Origin: Cenarchaeum sp.
Lineage (GTDB): Archaea > Thermoproteota > Nitrososphaeria > Nitrososphaerales > Nitrosopumilaceae
Length of the DNA stretch: 32,000 nucleotides
NCBI GenBank assembly: GCA_965242695.1
Contig: CBDESU010000002.1
Span: 1,112,015 to 1,144,014, forward strand
Direction of reading: 5' to 3'
In this document: one piece after another, positions 25,581 through 32,000 of the stretch
Position numbering within the stretch: position 1 is the stretch's first letter
Layout: each line of letters begins with the position of its first letter
Program-made: the position numbers and the translations under genes
The notes under the pieces: model-generated
Told to the model about the DNA's origin: nothing
What the model saw: the letters and a program-made list of their open reading frames with translations, nothing else
The model's database searches: none

Positions 25581-26019
25581 AGGCGGCGCACGGCGATCGG
25601 GGACATGGGCAATTTGGGGACGCCCGAGGGGGTAGTTGCCGCTTCTCGGCCTTTGCTAGACATCGCCGGGGCGTCTGCCATTTCTACAGGGGCGCGTTGG
25701 AGCGCGGCGCGATGTCAGGCCGCCTGTTCGAGGCTATCCAATACTTCGAACCGAGCCGCAGCGCAAAAAGCGCGCCCCGTGCGATGTGCTGATCGGCTGT
25801 TCGCAGTGCCGGGGCATGCGGGCAGGCAGGGCCAGGGCTGCGGCCACGGCCTTGTGGAACCTGCTGGCAGTTGGCGGGTCGAATACGCCCGCGGCGTTCC
25901 CGTTGAGAGGATGCGGCCGCGGCCCTGCGGAGCCGTCAGGCGAGGGTTCGTTCCGGACAGCCGCGCGACGGCCAGTGGGGTGGCCCACAACGCGCTTGCG
26001 CCTTACGGGAGGGTCCGAC

Positions 26020-27897
26020 ATGATGCTTGAGCGCTGGACTAGCATCGCGCTGGCCGCAATCGCAGCGTGCACCGCACTTGGCATATCTCAGGTGGACCAC
26101 CTGCCAATGATTGACGAGCGCGTCATATTTCTCGTCGAAGTCGCACTGGCAGTAGGCATAGGCCTGTTTGTCTTCCAGTACTCGCGGCACAGCGATCGAC
26201 TCATCGACAGACACGTAGACGAGGTGGGGTTGCTGATGAAACGCAACGAAAGGGCAAAGCAAGTGCGCAAGATTCGTGCAAACCGTGCGCTGTATTCCAA
26301 CATGCACGCCATGGCAGACATATGCTCCAAGCTGGTCAATATGGCGGGCGGGCAGTCCGGCATAGCCGCGACAGAGTGGGAGTCGTTCAAGTCAGACGTT
26401 ATTGCCATGCACGGCCAGATAGAGGATCGCTTGGACAGCCTCGGACGAAACTTGGAATCTTCTGACCATCTTGACGATGTAATATACGACAAAATACGCA
26501 ATGCGGTCGACATGTGGGACGAAAAGATTCGCATCGACGACGACAATAAAACCGTCAATGTCCTACAGTACCAGACGATGCTGGATATGCTAAACCAAGT
26601 ACTACCCCGACTGGGGCGTCGCCAAGGGCTAGGCATGGACGTACCCTTGTCGATGTTCAGGCCTGCCGAATTCATAAGCCAGTCCGATCGACTTACGATT
26701 GCCCTTGATCGTGACACGTATCCCCCAGGCGCGGCGATCCACATAACGCTGACGGCGGCAGGGCGACTACCTGGCCGGAAGATCATTGTCACCATACTAG
26801 ATATGGACCTCAATGCCGTGGCCCGGAAAACGGTAGTTGCACCGGGACATTCAAGGTCGCCGATCGCTCTGCTCCGGGCCCGGCTCGGACCGCGGGGATC
26901 CCAAGACGATCCCGCGAGCCAGGGAGGCGGGTGCAGAGTCGCCGCTACTGTGGTGGACATGAGGCCGAAGGGTGCGTCGGAGGGTGGACAGTACATCGTA
27001 CGCGCTGCGTGCGGAGGCTTGATCTCCGAGACCACCTTCGATGTCGTGTCGACGCCTCCAGAAGTGCAGACCGACAAATCCGAATTCCTGATGGGAGGGG
27101 ACATGATCGTGACCGTCATAGACCCTGCCGCCAACAAGGACGGAACAAAGAGGGACATTGCGGGCGCATCGGACCAATCGCGACTTGTCATTGATTCCCC
27201 GCACGGCCAGATCGACGGCTACAAGCTTGTGGAGACTGGCAATTCAACGGGTGTATTCCAAGGATTAGTGCGGATCATTGGCGTCCGTAACGATGGCTCG
27301 ATCAGGGGCACAGAAATCGACGGGGCAAACATCGACAAGACGCAGGGCAAGGGAAACGAGGATGGCGCCATAGTTTGCGGTCCAGGCCAAGCTATCCATA
27401 TCCGGTACACGAACGAAATCGGAAGTGTGGCGACGACGGTATTTGGCATGGGGGTTAATCCCGTCATAGAGCTAGACAAAAAACAATATGCGTGCTTTGA
27501 CAGGGTGGACATATGTGTGATTGCACCCCACATTGCAGGAGAGGAAGAAGCGCCGCCGGTTATAGGGGACAGCAGACAAGACTGCTGGGTGTCGATTTCC
27601 TCCGCCAAGGCGTCGATCGAAGGATATAGGCTGATCGAAAGCGGGCCTGAAAGCGGCATATTCACGGGTGCGGTATCGCTCACGGGGCTTGCCTCCATGG
27701 AGGGCGACGGATCGCCTAAAGGGATACGATGTGGAGAGACAGGCGGTGCGGGTCCGAACAGAGGAAGGCTGGCGTGTGGATCGAACGACACGGTCACGGT
27801 GCGCGTCACGTCCGCGTTCGCAGAGCCTGTAGAGACATCTGCGCACATACGCCAGTACGCGAACGTACATGATAAGAAAGATCCGCCCGCCGGATAG
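26020..27897 (+). CDS. Membrane-anchored protein (625 aa) with an N-terminal TM pair, a helical region and duplicated beta-rich modules.
   Basis: The start is at 'MMLERW'. TM helices: 'WTSIALAAIAACTALGI' and 'VIFLVEVALAVGIGLFVF'. Repeated motifs: 'IDGYKLVETGNSTGVFQGLV' / 'IEGYRLIESGPESGIFTGAV', and 'AIVCGPGQAIHIRYT' / 'RLACGSNDTVTVRVT'. GC content is lower than in neighbouring genes. Confidence 0.75.
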   Translation: MMLERWTSIALAAIAACTALGISQVDHLPMIDERVIFLVEVALAVGIGLFVFQYSRHSDRLIDRHVDEVGLLMKRNERAKQVRKIRANRALYSNMHAMADICSKLVNMAGGQSGIAATEWESFKSDVIAMHGQIEDRLDSLGRNLESSDHLDDVIYDKIRNAVDMWDEKIRIDDDNKTVNVLQYQTMLDMLNQVLPRLGRRQGLGMDVPLSMFRPAEFISQSDRLTIALDRDTYPPGAAIHITLTAAGRLPGRKIIVTILDMDLNAVARKTVVAPGHSRSPIALLRARLGPRGSQDDPASQGGGCRVAATVVDMRPKGASEGGQYIVRAACGGLISETTFDVVSTPPEVQTDKSEFLMGGDMIVTVIDPAANKDGTKRDIAGASDQSRLVIDSPHGQIDGYKLVETGNSTGVFQGLVRIIGVRNDGSIRGTEIDGANIDKTQGKGNEDGAIVCGPGQAIHIRYTNEIGSVATTVFGMGVNPVIELDKKQYACFDRVDICVIAPHIAGEEEAPPVIGDSRQDCWVSISSAKASIEGYRLIESGPESGIFTGAVSLTGLASMEGDGSPKGIRCGETGGAGPNRGRLACGSNDTVTVRVTSAFAEPVETSAHIRQYANVHDKKDPPAG

Positions 27898-28122
27898 GCG
27901 AAAAGGCTACTTTGTCGGATGTGTGGCGCCTGACTCTGGGGCACCCGTGACACCTTGTGGTCATCTCGGGCCGCACTGCAAAGACTTTTTGTGACTGGAG
28001 GTGGGGCAGTGATAGGAATCCCCGACACCACAGTGCTCAAGCATCATGCCGGCATGGAACTGGACGGCACCACCTCTCAGCATTATGCCCGTGGAAAAAC
28101 AAGTCTTGTTACAGCCGTTCCG

Positions 28123-28389
28123 CTAGTAGACATAGACGTAGCCTGGGCTACCGTGTACACCCACATCGGACTTCATCCCCATTGCCCGAAAGTGTCGTTC
28201 GACGACCTTTGCAATCCGCTCGTCGTCGGCGTCCCAGTGATGCCACCATGCGACAGTTCTCCCTATGGCCTTGTGCTCGCCGCGCCGACGGTCGGGATCG
28301 TCAGTGACGCCGATCGTCCAGTGCTTGTACGCGTAGCCGCTACTTCTGACCAGATCTGCAATCGCGAGCGCGATTCCCTTCATGTTCAT
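28123..28389 (-). CDS. Small GIY-YIG nuclease-like protein (88 aa).
   Basis: 'SSGYAYKHWTIGVTDDPDRRRGEHK' fits the GIY..YIG(v)T.d...R..eH pattern. 'ERIAKVVERHF' supplies a conserved Glu. An AT-rich 'tatatatgtattttaaa' lies upstream on the minus side. Confidence 0.6.
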   Translation of the reverse strand: MNMKGIALAIADLVRSSGYAYKHWTIGVTDDPDRRRGEHKAIGRTVAWWHHWDADDERIAKVVERHFRAMGMKSDVGVHGSPGYVYVY

Positions 28390-28505
28390 GGCAGGAGGGC
28401 AGGCGCGGTAGTATATATGTATTTTAAACCGCTAGCCTGCCTTGGTTCGAGCAACCCTGAGAGTCTTGGCATATGATTGTGATGCGCTGGGCATTGGCCC
28501 GGCCC

Positions 28506-28877
28506 GGCCGGGCCGGGCCTGTGGGCGCGCCGCTCCGGCCGGGCCGGGCCTGTGGGCGCGCCGCTCCGGCCGGGCCGGGCCTGTGGGCGCGCCGCTCCGG
28601 CCGGGCCGGGCCTGTGGGCGCGCCGCTCCGGCCGGGCCGGGCCTGTGGGCGCGCCGCTCCGGCCGGGCCGGGCCTGTGGGCGCGCCGCTCCGGCCGGGCC
28701 GGGCCTGTGGGCGCGCCGCTCCGGCCGGGCCGGGCCTGTGGGCGCGCCGCTCCGGCCGGGCCGGGCCTGTGGGCGCGCCGCTCCGGCCGGGCCGGGCCTG
28801 TGGGCGCGCCGCTCCGGCCGGGCCGGGCCTGTGGGCGCGCCGCTCCGGCCGGGCCGGGCCTGTGGGCGCGCCGCTCC
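28506..28877. repeat. Perfect tandem array, 12 x 31 bp (ggccgggccgggcctgtgggcgcgccgctcc).
   Basis: The period was verified from the 'tgtggg' positions 28520, 28551 ... 28861. All copies look identical. Because 31 is not a multiple of 3, all three plus frames stay open, which produces three artefactual ORFs. Confidence 0.95.
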
Positions 28878-29083
28878 GGCTAGGCAGGGGCGCAGACGCC
28901 CCTAGCGACGCCTAAACTCTTATAGTATCGTACGGTACCGCGCCAGCGGTGTGAAAACATTTTGTCTAGAATGCAGATCAAACTTGACCATCTCCCACCT
29001 CCAAGATCGCATGCGAAGTGTGGCATGTCACATTCGGCCAGAGGTGCCCAGGCGGGGACATGCCGCGGGGACGGTGGGGTAGC

Positions 29084-29620
29084 ATGAGCGCCGCCGAGCG
29101 CCTCGCGCAGGTGCATGCCACCGGCTTTGAGCTCGAAGAGGTAAAGTTCTCGTTCACGCGCGACGTGAAGATCGGCGTCGCCGGCATCGACATAAGCGCA
29201 AAGGCCGGCGAGATCATGAACCTGCCGCGCTACGTCGCCAACGTGCTCGAGGAGGGGGGCCACGGCCAGATACAGGACGTCGACATGGTCGTCGAGCTCA
29301 AGCAGGCCACCGTCAAGGAGAACGTCCAGGGCGAGTTCGAGCTCGCCTCGCTAGACGACCACTTCTACATACGCCTCAAGGCGTACATGAAGAAGCTGCC
29401 CGAGTCAGACTACGACAAGGTCGAGAGCATGCTCAACTCGCTCGTGCGCAAGCGGCACGGCAAGCTCGTCCACCTGGCCGACGCCTCTAGGCTGACGGCC
29501 GAGCTGTCGGCCAAGATGACGGTCGAGGAGCGCGAGTTCTACAACGCCCTCCACGAGATCAGCGAGCAGTTCACCCGCCAGATAATGGGCGACGGGACCA
29601 GGGGGGGCAAGGCCCGATGA
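29084..29620 (+). CDS. GINS subunit, Gins23-like (B-domain then A-domain order).
   Basis: 178 aa. The N-terminal beta-rich part contains 'NLPRYVANVLEEGGHG'. The C-terminal helical part contains 'LVRKRHGKLVHLA' and 'MTVEEREFYNAL'. ATGA overlap with mcm. gins23-mcm linkage is known in Sulfolobus. Confidence 0.7.
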   Translation: MSAAERLAQVHATGFELEEVKFSFTRDVKIGVAGIDISAKAGEIMNLPRYVANVLEEGGHGQIQDVDMVVELKQATVKENVQGEFELASLDDHFYIRLKAYMKKLPESDYDKVESMLNSLVRKRHGKLVHLADASRLTAELSAKMTVEEREFYNALHEISEQFTRQIMGDGTRGGKAR

Positions 29621-31818
29621 GCTCTGCACAGCAGGAGCAACAGTGGGAGCGCCAGCGCCAGCGCCAGGATCAGGCCGCTTCCGGCGGCGGCGACGGCGGT
29701 GCGGGGAGCGGCCCCGGGGCCGATCCCGGGGACGGCGGCGGCCAGCGCGGGGACATGACCGACTCGGCGCTGTCCGACCTATCAAAGATATTCCTCTCGA
29801 GGCACAAGGACAAGGAGGGCCGCTACAAGTACGTCGAGCAGATCGACGAGATGATGCCAAAGGGATCCACGTACATCGCGGTCGACTACAACGACCTCGT
29901 CTCGTTTCCGCGCCTCGATGCCGAGTTTACCGACGAGCCCGACGGCGTGCTGCGCGCGTTCTCTAGCGCGATCGGCGAGATACTGCGCGAGCGGTTCCCA
30001 AAGTACGCCGACAAGATCGCCGACAAGATACGCGCGCGCGTCGTAAACTACCCCGTCCAGCGCAACCTGCGCAGGATCAACGCCGAGATAATCAACAAGA
30101 TGACGAGCGTGTCGGGGATGGTCGTGCGCGCCTCCGAGGTAAAGCCGCTCGCCAAGGAGCTGGTCTACCTGTGCCCCGCCGGCCACTACACAAAGGCAGT
30201 CCAGTTCAAGGGCATGAGCGTCTCGGCGCCGTCAAAGTGCGCCGAGCCAAAGTGCGGCATGCGCGACCTCGATCCGCAGCTCGAGCTGAGCAAGTTCATC
30301 GACTTCCAGATACTGCGCCTGCAGGAGCTGCCCGAGGACCTCCCGCCCGGCCAGCTGCCCCACTACATCGACGTGGCAATCAAGCAGGACCTCGTCGACA
30401 ACGCCCGCCCGGGCGACAGGATCATACTGACGGGCATAGTGCGCATCGAGCAGGAGGCCGTGACGGGCGTGAGCCGCGCCAACAGCGCCCTCTTCCAGCA
30501 GAAGATCGACGGCAACAACGTAGAGTACCTTGGCGGGCGCGGCTCGAAGACGTCGCGCCGCACCGAGCGCGAGGAGATATCGCCCGAGGAGGAAAAGATC
30601 ATAAAGGCCCTGTCCAACTCGGACGACATCTACCAAAAGCTGATAAACTCGTTCGCCCCGCACATACGCGGCCAGGAGACCATAAAGGAGTCCATACTGC
30701 TGCTCATCGTCGGCTCGACGCAGCGCCTGCTGCAGGACGGCAGCAAGATACGCGGCGACATCAACGTGTTCCTCGTCGGCGACCCCGGCACGGCAAAGAG
30801 CGAGATGCTAAAGTTCTGCGCCCGGATAGCGCCGAGGGGCCTGTACACGTCGGGCCGCGGCTCGACGGCCGCCGGCCTGACTGCCGCCGTCGTGCGCGAC
30901 AAGTCGGGGATAATGATGCTGGAGGCCGGCGCCGTCGTGCTCGGAGACCAGGGCCTAGTGTGCATCGACGAGTTCGACAAGATGAAGCCCGAGGACCGCA
31001 GCGCCCTGCACGAGGTGATGGAGCAGCAGTCTGCGAGCATCGCAAAGGGCGGGATCGTGGCGACCCTCAACGCCCGCACGTCAATACTCGCGGCGGCAAA
31101 CCCCATGTACGGCAAGTACGACCCGTTCAAGAACATCACCGAGAATGTGAACCTCCCGATACCGCTGCTCACGCGGTTCGACCTGATCTTCGTCCTGCGC
31201 GACATACCGGCGGCCGAAAAGGACCGCAACATCGCAAAGCACATCATCGACCTGCACACGCCGGTCGGCACCGAGAACCGCTCCCTCATAGACGCCGAGA
31301 TACTCACAAAGTACCTGGCGTACGCAAAGCGGTTCAACCCGAGCCTGACAAAGGCGGCCGAGGAGAAGATCATAGACTACTACCTAAAGATGCGCACCGT
31401 AGAGTCCGAGGAGATGGTCACGGTGACGCCGCGCCAGCTAGAGGGGCTCGTGCGGCTAGCGACGGCCAGGGCCCGGCTCCTCATGAAGCCGCAGGTCGAC
31501 GAGGACGACGCGCAGAGGGCCATCGACCTCATGCAGAGCATGCTGCAGGACGCCGGCGTCGACGTCAACACGGGCCAGGTCGACCTCGGGGTGCTGCAGG
31601 GCAGGCCGCGCAGCGAGGTCTCCAAGATGCAGCTGTTCATGGACATACTGCGCTCGCTCGAGGGCGAGAACAAGTCGCCCGTCGAGGAAAAGGCGTTCAT
31701 CGGCGAGCTTACAAAGTCGGGCAAGTTCTCCGAGGAGGAGGCGCGCAACTACATCCGCAAGATGTCAAAGGAGTCTGCCATATACGAGTCCAAGCCGAAC
31801 CACTTCAACAGAGTGTAG
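29617..31818 (+). CDS. mcm: MCM replicative helicase.
   Basis: 733 aa. Walker A 'GDPGTAKS', Walker B 'CIDEFDKM', 'SILAAANP' and arginine finger 'LTRFDLIF'. Zinc-motif region 'CPAGH...CAEPKC'. C-terminal winged helix. A Q/R/G-rich N-terminal extension of ~45 aa is present. Confidence 0.95.
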   Translation: MSSAQQEQQWERQRQRQDQAASGGGDGGAGSGPGADPGDGGGQRGDMTDSALSDLSKIFLSRHKDKEGRYKYVEQIDEMMPKGSTYIAVDYNDLVSFPRLDAEFTDEPDGVLRAFSSAIGEILRERFPKYADKIADKIRARVVNYPVQRNLRRINAEIINKMTSVSGMVVRASEVKPLAKELVYLCPAGHYTKAVQFKGMSVSAPSKCAEPKCGMRDLDPQLELSKFIDFQILRLQELPEDLPPGQLPHYIDVAIKQDLVDNARPGDRIILTGIVRIEQEAVTGVSRANSALFQQKIDGNNVEYLGGRGSKTSRRTEREEISPEEEKIIKALSNSDDIYQKLINSFAPHIRGQETIKESILLLIVGSTQRLLQDGSKIRGDINVFLVGDPGTAKSEMLKFCARIAPRGLYTSGRGSTAAGLTAAVVRDKSGIMMLEAGAVVLGDQGLVCIDEFDKMKPEDRSALHEVMEQQSASIAKGGIVATLNARTSILAAANPMYGKYDPFKNITENVNLPIPLLTRFDLIFVLRDIPAAEKDRNIAKHIIDLHTPVGTENRSLIDAEILTKYLAYAKRFNPSLTKAAEEKIIDYYLKMRTVESEEMVTVTPRQLEGLVRLATARARLLMKPQVDEDDAQRAIDLMQSMLQDAGVDVNTGQVDLGVLQGRPRSEVSKMQLFMDILRSLEGENKSPVEEKAFIGELTKSGKFSEEEARNYIRKMSKESAIYESKPNHFNRV

Positions 31819-31920
31819 GAAGCGGAGGGCCGGCGCCAGCGCGGACGCGCGGACGATCGAGGCAAACGGCCCGGCGGGCGCGGTGCCACCGCCGCGCGGA
31901 CAACAACTTGGGGCGGGGAC

Positions 31921-32000
31921 CTACGCGCAACTGCCTGAGGCTTTGGCCTTGGGATTTGCACCCTCGCGAACAATCTCGTCCATGGCCCTCATGTCTACGT
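31921..32000 (-). CDS. 3' end of an unidentified minus-strand gene running off the window.
   Basis: The minus frame reads '...VDMRAMDEIVREGANPKAKASGSCA*' with a stop at 31921-31923. It is too short to classify. Confidence 0.25.
   Translation of the reverse strand, partial: VDMRAMDEIVREGANPKAKASGSCA

Noticed and set aside
24715-26019. A replication origin next to the replication genes (rfcS).
   Set aside because: There is no AT-rich unwinding element, because the region is very GC-rich. There are no ORB-like dyad repeats, and no orc1/cdc6 gene is adjacent.
28442-28915. Three overlapping ORFs (157, 136 and 117 aa), and the possibility of a CRISPR array.
   Set aside because: All three ORFs are translations of the same 31-bp tandem repeat in three frames, so they are artefacts. 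The repeats are contiguous with no unique spacers, so this is not CRISPR.

Overview
All calls come from motif recognition by eye; no database searches were run. The window looks like a high-GC archaeal chromosome segment. Gene content and leaderless TATA-box promoters resemble a thaumarchaeon such as Cenarchaeum, but that is inference only. The core genes are an SDR, a HAD hydrolase, an aminotransferase and an F420-related cluster (npdG, small membrane protein, PPOX-like). There is also a heme-copper oxidase cluster (small membrane protein, subunit II, subunit I, triple-cupredoxin protein, short CtaA), a TPR protein and two tandem Sulfolobus-type ferredoxins. tRNA-Arg, tRNA-Ser, the RFC small subunit and a gins23-mcm operon complete the core. 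The left ~6.7 kb differs sharply: it is an AT-rich island carrying a giant Type ISP-like restriction-modification fusion gene. That gene is split by a frameshift at a 13-G homopolymer, and a GC-rich IS element with 23-bp terminal inverted repeats is nested in the island. Other unusual items: (1) two paralogous ~100-nt non-coding elements with TATA-like boxes that bracket an uncharacterised two-gene cassette; (2) a decayed HicB-like antitoxin; (3) a perfect (DDAMA)14 15-bp tandem array between two near-identical cupredoxin domains; (4) a 1.3-kb gene-poor stretch with direct repeats and a G12(TGGG)4 motif; (5) a lower-GC accessory stretch with a 625-aa repeat-module membrane protein and a small GIY-YIG protein; (6) a perfect 12 x 31-bp tandem array upstream of gins23-mcm. 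Many long ORFs in the six-frame track are GC-rich shadow frames and were not called.
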